NCBI GenBank assembly: GCA_026709025.1
Contig: JAPOTT010000032.1
Span: 92,803-156,802, forward strand
Length of the DNA stretch: 64,000 nt
From: a bacterium
GTDB lineage: Bacteria; Actinomycetota; Acidimicrobiia; Acidimicrobiales; Bin134
Reading direction: 5' to 3'
Shown: piece by piece, positions 25,898-35,186 of the stretch
Numbering within the stretch: position 1 is the stretch's first letter
Layout of the letters: each line of letters opens with the position of its first letter
Notes under the pieces: model-generated
What the model was told of the DNA's origin: nothing
Seen by the model: the letters and a program-made list of their open reading frames with translations, nothing else
The model's database searches: none
Position numbers and translations under genes: made by a program

Positions 25898-26875
25898 TCA
25901 GCGCTCCACCCGACGAGCCAAACTAAGTGCAAAATCACCCTGAGCATCAGTCCAAAGTTGCTCTGTAACCAGCCCTACAGCAAAAAGTTCAGGGCCAATT
26001 CTCTCTGGCCGGAACTTAGCGCTCACCTCGGTACGCATCCGTTCACCAGCCCCAAAACCAACCTCCATGCCCAACTTGCCGATGGTTACTTGCTGATCTC
26101 TAGTAGAACACAACCACATCTCAATGCACTCATCTCCTGTGTCGAAATGTGCCTCGTGTTCAAACTGTTCCAACACAAAATCTGCATCCAAGCGATGGTT
26201 GATTACCGCTAGCACATTGCGATTGAACGCAGCGGTAATGCCCTCAGGGTCATCATAAGCTGCTATCAACCTGCGGCGATCTTTGAGCAAATCAAAGCCC
26301 ATCAACAAGGTGTCACCAGCAACCATGGTGTTGGCAAGTGCTGCTAGAAACTTCTTGCGATCAGCGGGTAAGAAGTTTCCAATAGTTCCCCCCAACATCA
26401 AGTACATACGGCATCCGCCCACGGGAATATGGTTTAGGTGATACTCAAAATCCCCCACCACCCCATGAACAGATAACCCTTCATAAGCTTTTGCGAGCGC
26501 ATCGGCTGCGTGCATTAATGTTGCCTCGCTATTATCAAAAGGCACATAGCGCTCTAACCTGCCGGTAGCAGCTAAGGCATCTAGCACAATTCGTGTTTTC
26601 TCAGATGTACCCGAGCCCAACTCCACAACCGTATCGGCCCCTGAGCGTTCGGCGATGACATCCACCTCGCGTTCCAATATCTCCCGCTCTCTACGGGTTG
26701 GGTAATAGTCGGGCAAATGTGTTATCTGTTCAAACAGTTCGCTCCCGCGATCATCGTAAAACCACTTAGGAGGCAACTCTTTGGGCGACATCAACAACCC
26801 CTCAGACACATCGGCTTGCAAGGCCCGTTCAATCCATGTGGGGTCTAAGTGGTTGTCAATAACTGGTTGAATCAT
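25898..26875 (-). CDS. egtD: L-histidine N-alpha-methyltransferase (ergothioneine pathway)
   Basis: 325 aa. '[37 protein letters not shown]' and '[11 protein letters not shown]' follow the EgtD pattern. Confidence 0.88.
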   Translation of the reverse strand: MIQPVIDNHLDPTWIERALQADVSEGLLMSPKELPPKWFYDDRGSELFEQITHLPDYYPTRREREILEREVDVIAERSGADTVVELGSGTSEKTRIVLDALAATGRLERYVPFDNSEATLMHAADALAKAYEGLSVHGVVGDFEYHLNHIPVGGCRMYLMLGGTIGNFLPADRKKFLAALANTMVAGDTLLMGFDLLKDRRRLIAAYDDPEGITAAFNRNVLAVINHRLDADFVLEQFEHEAHFDTGDECIEMWLCSTRDQQVTIGKLGMEVGFGAGERMRTEVSAKFRPERIGPELFAVGLVTEQLWTDAQGDFALSLARRVER

Positions 26876-28197
26876 GATGCATCCTGAGCTAAACGCAAGC
26901 CCGAGAAGTGCCAGCGGGTGTGGGGGTGAAAGAAGTTCCGATAGGTGGGCCGGATGTGTCCCGCAGGAGTGGCAACCGAACCGCCTCGTAACACAAACTG
27001 ATTAGCCATGAACTTGCCGTTGTACTCCCCCACAGCGCCCGGGGCAGGGCTAAAGCCGGGATAAGCTCCATAAGCACTTGCTGTCCATTGCCAACGATGC
27101 CCAAACATGTCATGCAACAGTTGCGGTTGAAAAGTAGCAGCGTGTTCCCATTCGGCTTCTGTGGGGAGCCGTGTACCCGCCCAACGAGCAAAGGCATCTG
27201 CCTCATAATATGACAGATGGCAAACCGGCTTAGCGGGCTCTAGAGGTTGTAATCCCTCCAAGGTAAACTCAAACCACTGATCGTCAACAAAATGCCAGTA
27301 GAGCGGAGATTCCCAGCCTTTTTGTAATTGGTAATGCCAGCCGTCCGATAACCATAAGGTGGGAGTCTTATAGCCATCATCAGACATGAAATCCAGCCAA
27401 TCTTGGCAAGTGATGAGCGAACGGGCTAGCTGATACGGTGCCAAAAAACTGCGATGACTTGGGCATTCATTGTCGTAAGCAAACCCATCGCCAGTGTGAC
27501 CCAACCATATCTCACCACCAGCAAATGCCACCCACGCAGATTGCTCTGTGTTCGACAATTCAGTCGAGGTACTTGAATCCAAGCTCGCAGGTGCGCCATC
27601 TGCAGAACCGGGTAAAGTGTCGGTTTCTAAGCAACCCCGCTTGGGCATTTTGGGTAAAGCGCCATACGCTGGCCACAGTGCTTGGTTGGTAGACAGCACA
27701 TGCTTAATATCCATCAACAAGAGTTCTTGATGTTGTTGTTCATGGTGCAAACCCAACTCCAACAGCTGAGCTGGGATGCATTCTGGAGCCACCGAAAAAA
27801 GCTTGTCCATGGCCTCATCCACATAAGAACGATAGGTGGTTACCTCCGCTGCTGATGGACGCGACAAGTTACCTCGCTCCGGACGAGGATGACGCTCACC
27901 TACCGCCTCATAATAGGAGTTGAACAAGTATCCAAACACAGGGTTAAATACCTCATAGGTAGGCATCTTAGGCGTAAGCAAAAAGGTCTCAAAAAACCAA
28001 GTTGTATGGCCGCGGTGCCACTTGGTAGGGCTCACATCTGCCATAGATTGAATGCATTGATCTTCGCTGCTGAGAGGGGCAGCTAGCCGCTCTGTATGCG
28101 AGCGTACAGCATGATAGCTTTCTGCCCACGCGTCGGGCTCACCTACACAAGAAAGGGTTGCCGTCACGAGTCTGTTAGGTACAAGGTTATTTGACAC
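26872..28197 (-). CDS. egtB: Hercynine sulfoxide synthase EgtB (DinB_2 plus FGE-sulfatase domains)
   Basis: 441 aa with 'SPTKWHRGHTTWFFETF', 'HHEQQHQELLLMDIKH' and 'GEYNGKFMANQFVLRGGSVATP...TYRNFFHPHTRWHFSGLRLA'. Confidence 0.9.
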   Translation of the reverse strand: MSNNLVPNRLVTATLSCVGEPDAWAESYHAVRSHTERLAAPLSSEDQCIQSMADVSPTKWHRGHTTWFFETFLLTPKMPTYEVFNPVFGYLFNSYYEAVGERHPRPERGNLSRPSAAEVTTYRSYVDEAMDKLFSVAPECIPAQLLELGLHHEQQHQELLLMDIKHVLSTNQALWPAYGALPKMPKRGCLETDTLPGSADGAPASLDSSTSTELSNTEQSAWVAFAGGEIWLGHTGDGFAYDNECPSHRSFLAPYQLARSLITCQDWLDFMSDDGYKTPTLWLSDGWHYQLQKGWESPLYWHFVDDQWFEFTLEGLQPLEPAKPVCHLSYYEADAFARWAGTRLPTEAEWEHAATFQPQLLHDMFGHRWQWTASAYGAYPGFSPAPGAVGEYNGKFMANQFVLRGGSVATPAGHIRPTYRNFFHPHTRWHFSGLRLAQDAS

Positions 28198-28315
28198 ACA
28201 AGAAGCTATCTTTAACCCTAGTCGCCAACTACCGGGCTAAACCCATTAAAGCCACAAGACACGTCAACTAGTTCCCGGCAAAGTTTGTTGCACATAGCTA
28301 ACTCGTTAGCTCAGG

Positions 28316-28648
28316 TTAGGGTCGCCTGTACAACACAATGTCGGCCCGACGAGACTCCAGCTCTTGGGTTAGAGTGCGTACCTGTTGGGTGAGACGAACT
28401 ATTTCAGCTTCTAGAGCTAGCACCCGCTCCACTCCATCTAGGTTCATTCCCTCACGAGTCAGCTCATGTACTCTGCGCAGCCTGTCAATGTCGGCTTCGC
28501 TGTAGCGACGACTCCCCCCACCAGTGCGGGCAGGCTGTACCAGCCCTCGACGATCGTAAATTCGAAGGGTTTGCGGGTGGATGCCCGCCAATTCTGCAGC
28601 CACCGAGATTACGTAAACTGCCCGATCTCTGCCCCGAGGATCAATCAT
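28316..28648 (-). CDS. hspR: MerR-family heat-shock repressor HspR
   Basis: 'VYVISVAAELAGIHPQTLRIYDRRGLVQPART' is a MerR-type HTH, and this is the last gene of the dnaK operon. The start is chosen at 'MIDPRG', preceded by GGAGCTAGGTGG. Confidence 0.85.
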   Translation of the reverse strand: MIDPRGRDRAVYVISVAAELAGIHPQTLRIYDRRGLVQPARTGGGSRRYSEADIDRLRRVHELTREGMNLDGVERVLALEAEIVRLTQQVRTLTQELESRRADIVLYRRP

Positions 28649-28664
28649 CCACCTAGCTCCAGCA

Positions 28665-29561
28665 TTATTCTGCTTCCATCTGCTCCGCAAAGGCTTCCAA
28701 CGCCGCACGTTGTGAGTCCGTTAGCGTGGTGGGCACTTTTACCAGCACCGTCACCAACAGGTCACCACAGCTCTTAGCCGTAGCTATTCCCTTGCCTCGT
28801 ACCCGCAGCGCCCCGCCTGATTGCATGCCAGCTGGCAACCGCACCTTCACCGGGTCGCCTTGAAAAGTAGGTACTGAAATCTCTGCGCCCAACGCAGCCT
28901 GCACAAAGCTCACACTAGCGGTAACGGTTAGATTGTTGCCTTGTCGCCCAAACACCGGGTCGGGTTTGATCCGAACGGTCACATAGAGATCCCCCCGAGG
29001 CCCGCCGCCTACACCAGGTTCTCCCTTGCCAGTGAGCTTTATCTTCTGTCCATTGCTAATCCCAGCAGGTATTCGCACTGATATAGGTTGACCGGCCTGA
29101 GAAGTGTCTCCACTCAAGGTGAGCTCGGTGGTTGTACCCAGCACGGCCTCGGCAAAATCTAGTGTCAAACCAGCACTGAGGTCTTGGCCTCGCATCGGAC
29201 GACTTGGGCCACCAAAACGCATCCCCGCGCTTTGGTGGCGGCCCCGCCCCATAACCGAAGAGAACAAATCAGCTAAGTCGCCCTCCATAGTGAAACCATT
29301 AGTATTCGACTGGAAGTTCATCGGCCCCATCTGACGTACTTGGTCGTACTGAGAGCGGCGCTCATCATCGCCTAACACGTCATAAGCAGCAGACACCTTC
29401 TTGAACCGCTCCTCGGCCTTTTCGTTGTTGGGATTGGCATCAGGATGGAGCTTGCGAGCTAGCGAGCGATAGGCTTTGGTGATCTCCTTACCGGAGGCAC
29501 CAGGAGAGACCCCTAAATCTTTGTAGTAGTCGTTCTCTAGCCATTCCCGCTTTACCTCCAC
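28665..29561 (-). CDS. dnaJ: J-domain co-chaperone DnaJ, CbpA-like (no CxxCxGxG zinc-finger domain)
   Basis: The J domain is 'DYYKDLGVSPGASGKEITKAYRSLARKLHPDANP'. G/F-like and C-terminal substrate-binding domains are present. Cys-rich repeats are absent. The start is the GTG at 29561, after the grpE stop; the ORF maximum is 29618. Confidence 0.85.
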   Translation of the reverse strand: MEVKREWLENDYYKDLGVSPGASGKEITKAYRSLARKLHPDANPNNEKAEERFKKVSAAYDVLGDDERRSQYDQVRQMGPMNFQSNTNGFTMEGDLADLFSSVMGRGRHQSAGMRFGGPSRPMRGQDLSAGLTLDFAEAVLGTTTELTLSGDTSQAGQPISVRIPAGISNGQKIKLTGKGEPGVGGGPRGDLYVTVRIKPDPVFGRQGNNLTVTASVSFVQAALGAEISVPTFQGDPVKVRLPAGMQSGGALRVRGKGIATAKSCGDLLVTVLVKVPTTLTDSQRAALEAFAEQMEAE

Positions 29562-29569
29562 CGTCTTGT

Positions 29570-30133
29570 CTACCCTTTTACCTTCACCATCGCAGGACGC
29601 AGCACCCTTTGTTTCCACTGATAACCGGCCCGCAATACCTCGGCGATGACAGGTTCTCCTTCTCCAGGTTCATGCACCACAGCCTCATGGCAGTTGGGAT
29701 CAAACGGCTCACCTGGGTTATCTAACTTAGACAAGCCCTCTTTTTCTAAGATTGAAAAGAGCGCTTCGCTTATTGGCATCACATCTTGCGCCCCCTGAGC
29801 CGCCGCAGCATCGCAGGCATCTAGCACCGGCAACATCTTCTCCACCACTTTTGCCGCAGCCATTGCTACGATTTCTTGTTGACGCCTCTCTGCCTGGCGA
29901 CGATGGTTGGCAAATTCGGCGGTGACCCGCTGAAGATCCTTGAGATAGCCATCTCGTTCGGCCATCACCTCTGTTAGCGACAACGCATCTGAAGATGAAT
30001 CCAACAAAGGGTCGCCAGCAGGTTCGGGGGCCACGGGTTGATTGGCTGTAGCTTGATCTGCAACAGGTTCGGGGGCTACAAGGTTAGCTACAAGGTGATC
30101 AGCATCGGGTTGATCGGGCGCGGGTTGGCTCAC
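29570..30133 (-). CDS. grpE: Nucleotide exchange factor GrpE
   Basis: 187 aa. The C-terminus '[24 protein letters not shown]' is GrpE-like. The GTG start overlaps the dnaK stop. Confidence 0.9.
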   Translation of the reverse strand: MSQPAPDQPDADHLVANLVAPEPVADQATANQPVAPEPAGDPLLDSSSDALSLTEVMAERDGYLKDLQRVTAEFANHRRQAERRQQEIVAMAAAKVVEKMLPVLDACDAAAAQGAQDVMPISEALFSILEKEGLSKLDNPGEPFDPNCHEAVVHEPGEGEPVIAEVLRAGYQWKQRVLRPAMVKVKG

Positions 30134-32064
30134 TTAGCCTCCCCCGCGTCAGTTTTCATATCTGCAATATCTGCAGCATCTGTAATATCTGCAGCATCTG
30201 CATCATCTTCCACGATCTCAGCATCCACAATGTTGTCATCGTCAACCCCGTTGGAGGTTACATCGCCATCAAACTCACCATCACTGCTGCTCGTATCGGT
30301 GGCAGCAGCCGCAGCTGCAGCCTGCTCATACATGGCTGCACCAAGTTGCTGGCTAAGCATCCCTAGCTCTTCAGTAAGTGAGCCAATGCGCGCTGCGTCA
30401 ACATCATCATCGGTTGTGCTCAAAGCGGCCTTAAGCTCAGACAGTTTTGCCTCTAACTCATTGCGCTGGGCGGAATCTATGGAATCGCTAGCATCGCTCA
30501 ACAGTTTTTCCACCTGATACACCGTAGTATCGGCGTTGTTCACCACTTCAGCCTGTTCACGGCGGCGAGCGTCTTCAGCAGCGTGAGCTTCAGCATCAGA
30601 GATCATCTGGTCGATGGTGTTCTTATCCAACGAGCTCTGCCCGGTGATGGTGATTGACTGCTCTTTGCCTGTAGCCCGATCCTTAGCCGACACATGCACG
30701 ATGCCGTTGGCATCTATGTCAAAGGTAACCTCAATCTGTGGCACGCCGCGCGGTGCTGGGGGAAGGTCTACAAGCTGAAACTTGCCCAGCGTTTTGTTGT
30801 AGCTGGCCATTTCCCGCTCGCCTTGCAACACATGTATCTCCACGCTGGGCTGGTTGTCGTCTGCGGTGGTGAACACCTCGGTTCGCCTGGTTGGGATGGT
30901 GGTGTTGCGCTCGATTAGGCGAGTCATCACACCACCCTTTGTCTCAATACCAAGCGATAGAGGGGTGACATCTAGCAGCAACACGTCTTTTACTTCGCCC
31001 TTGAGCACGCCAGCTTGCACCGCAGCACCCACCGCCACAACCTCATCGGGGTTCACGCCTTGATGGGGTTGAGTGCCTGTCATTTCAGTAACGAGGTCTA
31101 CTACCGCAGGCATACGGGTGGAACCTCCCACAAGGATTACATGATCCACTTCGCCCGAAGACAAGTTGGCATCACCTAGAGCCTGTTCAAAGGGCTTGCG
31201 ACAACGATCTAACAGGTCGCTGGTGAGGTCTTGGAACTTGGCCCTGCTGAGTTGGTAATCCAAATGCAAAGGCCCGCTGTCGGTAGCGGTGATGAACGGC
31301 AAGTTCACAGATGCGCTCTGTCCCTGCGATAGTTCAATCTTGGCCTGCTCTGCTCCTTCCTTAAGCCGCTGCATGGCCATGTTGTCCTTGCTGAGGTCCA
31401 CACCATGATCATTGCGAAATGACTCCACAAGCCAACCGATGATTCGGTCGTCCCAATCATCGCCGCCTAACGCTGTGTCCCCACTTGTGGACTTTACTTC
31501 AAACACCCCGTCGCCAATCTCTAGCACCGACACATCAAAGGTTCCGCCGCCTAGGTCGAACACCAAGATTGTTTGGTCGGTATCACCCTTTTCTAGGCCA
31601 TAGGCCAGCGCGGCAGCAGTAGGCTCGTTGATGATACGCAGCACCTCCAAACCAGCGATGGTGCCTGCTTCTTTAGTAGCAGTGCGCTGGGCATCGTCAA
31701 AATAAGCGGGCACGGTGATGACGGCCTCGCTCACATCAGTTCCCAGATAGGTTTCGGCATCTCGCTTCAGCTTTTGCAGCGTTCTAGCTGAAATTTCCTG
31801 ACTGCTGTAATCCTTATCATCTATACCCACAGACCAATCTGTTCCCACATGACGCTTCACCGAGCGAATAGTGCGGGTTGGGTTGGTGATAGCTTGGCGC
31901 TTGGCTACCTCGCCCACAAGCACCTCACCGTCTTTAGAGAAAGCCACCACCGAAGGCGTTGTGCGAGCCCCCTCCGCGTTTGCGATCACAGTAGGTTCAC
32001 CGCCTTCTAAAACAGCCACCACGCTGTTGGTGGTACCTAGATCAATACCGACAACCTTGCCCAT
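30130..32064 (-). CDS. dnaK: Chaperone DnaK (Hsp70)
   Basis: '[14 protein letters not shown]', '[12 protein letters not shown]' and '[11 protein letters not shown]'. The SD is AAGGAGAAACAAAC-ATG at 32064. It has a long acidic C-terminal tail. Confidence 0.97.
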   Translation of the reverse strand: MGKVVGIDLGTTNSVVAVLEGGEPTVIANAEGARTTPSVVAFSKDGEVLVGEVAKRQAITNPTRTIRSVKRHVGTDWSVGIDDKDYSSQEISARTLQKLKRDAETYLGTDVSEAVITVPAYFDDAQRTATKEAGTIAGLEVLRIINEPTAAALAYGLEKGDTDQTILVFDLGGGTFDVSVLEIGDGVFEVKSTSGDTALGGDDWDDRIIGWLVESFRNDHGVDLSKDNMAMQRLKEGAEQAKIELSQGQSASVNLPFITATDSGPLHLDYQLSRAKFQDLTSDLLDRCRKPFEQALGDANLSSGEVDHVILVGGSTRMPAVVDLVTEMTGTQPHQGVNPDEVVAVGAAVQAGVLKGEVKDVLLLDVTPLSLGIETKGGVMTRLIERNTTIPTRRTEVFTTADDNQPSVEIHVLQGEREMASYNKTLGKFQLVDLPPAPRGVPQIEVTFDIDANGIVHVSAKDRATGKEQSITITGQSSLDKNTIDQMISDAEAHAAEDARRREQAEVVNNADTTVYQVEKLLSDASDSIDSAQRNELEAKLSELKAALSTTDDDVDAARIGSLTEELGMLSQQLGAAMYEQAAAAAAATDTSSSDGEFDGDVTSNGVDDDNIVDAEIVEDDADAADITDAADIADMKTDAGEAK

Positions 32065-32169
32065 GTTTGTTTCTCCTTGTTTATGGAATTGTTTGTTAAG
32101 ATTTTTAAGTTGTGTTTTGAACACTTACTGCAACACCCCAAATGCCCTTATCATTCCCATATCTAAAAA

Positions 32170-32190
32170 ATTGAGCAAACTTCACTCAGG
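32170..32190. promoter_or_regulatory. HAIR-like inverted repeat (candidate HspR operator) in the dnaK/gpmA divergent intergenic region
   Basis: 'aTTGAGc-aaacttc-aCTCAgg' compared with the HAIR consensus CTTGAGT-N7-ACTCAAG. It lies about 105 nt upstream of the dnaK ATG, and hspR is in the same operon. Confidence 0.5.
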
Positions 32191-32248
32191 GTAGCTGGCA
32201 GTAAGGGCTCTGCCGAGACGACAAGCATCACGCAACCTTGCCTATGTA

Positions 32249-33025
32249 TTGGCTACGATGACCAGCGTGACCCCAGCAATCTTGATCCTATTGCGACATG
32301 GACAAAGCCAATGGAACGCATCCAACCAGTTCACCGGCTGGTACGACTGTGACCTCACCCCGCAAGGCGAAGCCGAGGCTCAGCGCACAGCTCAGTGGTT
32401 AACACAAGCCAACGTGTTGCCAGATGTGATACACACCTCGCTTCAAACTAGGGCCATCCGTACCGCCGAGTTGGCTCTAGCACAGCTAGGGCGCAGTTGG
32501 ATACCTGCCAAACGCCATTGGCGACTCAACGAGCGCCACTACGGAAATCTAACCGGCCTAGACAAAGCCAAGACCCGTCAAAAATACGGCGATGAGCAAC
32601 TCTTGGCATGGCGCCGTGGCTATCGCACTCCCCCACCACCCATCGCAGACGATAACCCCTGGAACCCTAACTTTGACGCGCGCTATGCCAACCTAACCCC
32701 AGACCAGATACCCCAAAGCGAATGTCTAGCAGATGTGGTAGCACGCCTTATGCCCTACTGGTACGATGCCATTGTTCCCGACCTGCAAGCAGGCCATACC
32801 GTTATGGTGTCAGCCCACGGGAACAGCCTGCGGGCTTTAGCTATGCATTTAGATCAGATCCCAGAAGACGAAATCGCTGGCCTGAACATCCCTACTGGCA
32901 TGCCGCTTGTCTACGAACTGAGCCAAAAGATGATGCCCCTGGAGGCCAAAGCCACGTTGGCGCGATCGCTTGACCCCGTAGCAGCCACAAAAGCAGCTGA
33001 GGCGGTAGCCAAACAAGCAGGCTAA
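32249..33025 (+). CDS. gpmA: 2,3-bisphosphoglycerate-dependent phosphoglycerate mutase
   Basis: 258 aa with 'LLRHGQSQWNASNQFTGW', 'ERHYGNLTG' and 'VSAHGNSLRAL'. Confidence 0.93.
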   Translation: MATMTSVTPAILILLRHGQSQWNASNQFTGWYDCDLTPQGEAEAQRTAQWLTQANVLPDVIHTSLQTRAIRTAELALAQLGRSWIPAKRHWRLNERHYGNLTGLDKAKTRQKYGDEQLLAWRRGYRTPPPPIADDNPWNPNFDARYANLTPDQIPQSECLADVVARLMPYWYDAIVPDLQAGHTVMVSAHGNSLRALAMHLDQIPEDEIAGLNIPTGMPLVYELSQKMMPLEAKATLARSLDPVAATKAAEAVAKQAG

Positions 33026-33049
33026 AAGCGCAAGCCTGTGTGCTGGCTC

Positions 33050-34024
33050 CTAGCTGCCAAGTGTATCTTGATTGAGCCTTAGGTGGTACCTGGCGAATCC
33101 AGTGAGTTCTCTCTTGATATCTTGATCTTCGGAAGAGTTACCCCCAAACCCACCATGCGACATCGCATCCCACACGTTCAACCAAGCTGCTACTCCAGCT
33201 CGGCGCAAAGCCCGGTGCATCAAAACGGTGTTAGACAAAAACAGATCGCGCGTGCCGGTCATCAAGTAAGTAGGTGGGAACCCTCTTAGATCCCCAAAAA
33301 TGGGCGAAATATAAGGATCGGTCAGAGCATGGCCGTTGGCATACAACAAGTTGGCCTCCATCAAACTGCTCAACACCTGATCCAGCCCATCGTTGGTAAC
33401 AAAGCTGTCACCAGACTCGGTAAGATCTACCTCAGGCGTGGCTAACACTAAGGCCGCAGGCATCGGCAGCCCTTCATCTTTAGCGCGTAACAGCAAAGCA
33501 GCAGCCAAGTTACCACCAGCAGAGCCTCCGTGAACCAGGATGTCTCTTGGCTCTCGTTCATCTAATGCCTTACGGTAAACCGCCATCAGATCATCTAAGC
33601 CAACAGGGTAAGGATGCAGCGGTGGCATCCTGTAGTCGGGTGCCCAAGTAATCACCGGTAGGTCTACCATGTCGCCTTTAGTTAGAACAATGCATGCCTC
33701 ACCAGCACCACAGGTTAGCCCACCACCATGAACGTCGATATAAATCGGTGCAGAAGAACTATCGGTTACAGACTCAGGGGTAAAGACGTAAGTTGGAACC
33801 CCATCTATCTCAAATTGTGTCTGCTCCATAGGACTGTTAGAAGCTCTAGCACCGAAGGCCGCAACTATGTTTTCATTAACCCCGGCTATCCAATCCAGCC
33901 AAACTTGCGTGCCAGCATCATGTTTGGGCATGTCTGGAGCGCCGCTAAACTGAGATACCATCTGCACGTATTCCCGAGCCGGCGGGCTAATAGTTAGCGG
34001 AGGTGGTGGAGCTTTTCTAGGCAT
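33050..34024 (-). CDS. Alpha/beta-hydrolase fold-3 esterase/lipase (HSL family), paralog A
   Basis: The oxyanion motif is 'DVHGGGLTCG' and the nucleophile elbow is 'HGGSAGGNLAAA'. The start at 'MPRKAPPPP' (34024) is preceded by AAGGAAACATCAATC, matching paralog B. The ORF maximum is 34060. Confidence 0.8.
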   Translation of the reverse strand: MPRKAPPPPLTISPPAREYVQMVSQFSGAPDMPKHDAGTQVWLDWIAGVNENIVAAFGARASNSPMEQTQFEIDGVPTYVFTPESVTDSSSAPIYIDVHGGGLTCGAGEACIVLTKGDMVDLPVITWAPDYRMPPLHPYPVGLDDLMAVYRKALDEREPRDILVHGGSAGGNLAAALLLRAKDEGLPMPAALVLATPEVDLTESGDSFVTNDGLDQVLSSLMEANLLYANGHALTDPYISPIFGDLRGFPPTYLMTGTRDLFLSNTVLMHRALRRAGVAAWLNVWDAMSHGGFGGNSSEDQDIKRELTGFARYHLRLNQDTLGS

Positions 34025-34068
34025 GATTGATGTTTCCTTACTTTTAGTGTTGGTTAACAAGATTGATG

Positions 34069-34108
34069 TAACTACAGATGACTGTAGCTATAACTACAGA
34101 TGACTGTA
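34069..34108. repeat. Two perfect 18-bp direct repeats (taactacagatgactgta) at a 22-bp period, each containing the palindrome TACAG-atga-CTGTA
   Basis: 34069-34086 is identical to 34091-34108. The repeats lie in the spacer between the two esterase paralogs, about 45 nt upstream of the paralog A start. Confidence 0.9.
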
Positions 34109-34160
34109 ACTGCCAACCCTCCGCAGCTAGGAGAGCTGTAGCAGGTTCATCTCCTACAAG

Positions 34161-35123
34161 CTAGGTGAGCCTAAGATGATGCCTCACAAAGCCAGTGACT
34201 TCTCTTCGCATGTCCTGATCTTCAGGAGAGTTGCCCCCAAACCCGCCGTGAGCCATTGCCTCCCAAATGTGCAACCAAGCTGCTACTCCAGCCCGACGCA
34301 AAGCCCGGTGCATCAAAACGGTGTTAGACAACAACAGATCACGCGTGCCGGTAAACAAGAAGGTGGGCGGGAACCCTCCCAGATCTCCAAAAATGGGCGA
34401 CACATAAGGATCGGTGAGATCATGGCCGTTGGCATACAACAAGTTGGCCTCCATCACGCTGCTGATACCGTAATCCAACTCATCGTTGGTAATAAAGCTA
34501 TCTCCCGACTCTGTAAGATCTATCTCAGGCGTGGCCAATACTAAGGCCGCAGGCATCGGCAGCCCTTCATCTTTAGCACGTAACAACAAGGCCGCAGCCA
34601 AGTTACCACCAGCTGAGCTTCCGTGAACCATGATGTCTCTTGGCTCCCGTTCATCTAATGCCTTACGGTAAACCGCCACCAGATCATCTAGGCCGACAGG
34701 ATAAGGATGCAGTGGTGGCATCCTATAGTCGGGTGCCCAAGTAATCACCGGCAATTCCATCAGATCTATGTTGACCTTAGCTAGAAGAACGCATGCCTCA
34801 CCAGCACCACAAGTTAGCGCGCCACCATGAATGTCGATGTAAATCGGTGCAGAAGAACTGTCAGTTACAGATTCAGGGGTCAAAACGTAGGTTAGTGCCC
34901 CATCTATCTCAAATTGGGTCTGCTCCATAGGGCTTTTAGAAGCTCTAGCATCTAGGCCCATAATCATTCTCTCGTCCATCCCGGCTACCCAATCCAACCA
35001 ATCTTGGGTGTCAGCATCATGTTTGGGCATCTCTGGCATGCCACCAAACTGAGATGCCATCTGCACAAATTCCCGGGCCTGCTGGCTTATAGTTGACGGA
35101 AGCGGTGGAGCGGTGTCAGACAT
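34161..35123 (-). CDS. Alpha/beta-hydrolase fold-3 esterase/lipase (HSL family), paralog B
   Basis: 320 aa, colinear with paralog A and highly similar to it by eye. Motifs are 'DIHGGALTCG' and 'HGSSAGGNLAAA'. Confidence 0.8.
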   Translation of the reverse strand: MSDTAPPLPSTISQQAREFVQMASQFGGMPEMPKHDADTQDWLDWVAGMDERMIMGLDARASKSPMEQTQFEIDGALTYVLTPESVTDSSSAPIYIDIHGGALTCGAGEACVLLAKVNIDLMELPVITWAPDYRMPPLHPYPVGLDDLVAVYRKALDEREPRDIMVHGSSAGGNLAAALLLRAKDEGLPMPAALVLATPEIDLTESGDSFITNDELDYGISSVMEANLLYANGHDLTDPYVSPIFGDLGGFPPTFLFTGTRDLLLSNTVLMHRALRRAGVAAWLHIWEAMAHGGFGGNSPEDQDMRREVTGFVRHHLRLT

Positions 35124-35186
35124 GATTGATTTTCCTTACTTTTGGGTATTGATTTACACAACTACTACAGCAGCATAAACTAAAGC

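Noticed and set aside
28295-28312. Small hairpin (AGCTAAC/GTTAGCT) just after the hspR stop, as a possible terminator
   Set aside because: The loop is too short (2-4 nt) and there is no U-tract. The next gene, egtB, starts 100 nt further on, so read-through cannot be excluded.
30038-30517. 159-aa plus-strand Ser/Ala-rich ORF
   Set aside because: It is antisense to the grpE start and the dnaK 3' end. It is a low-complexity mirror of the acidic DnaK tail.
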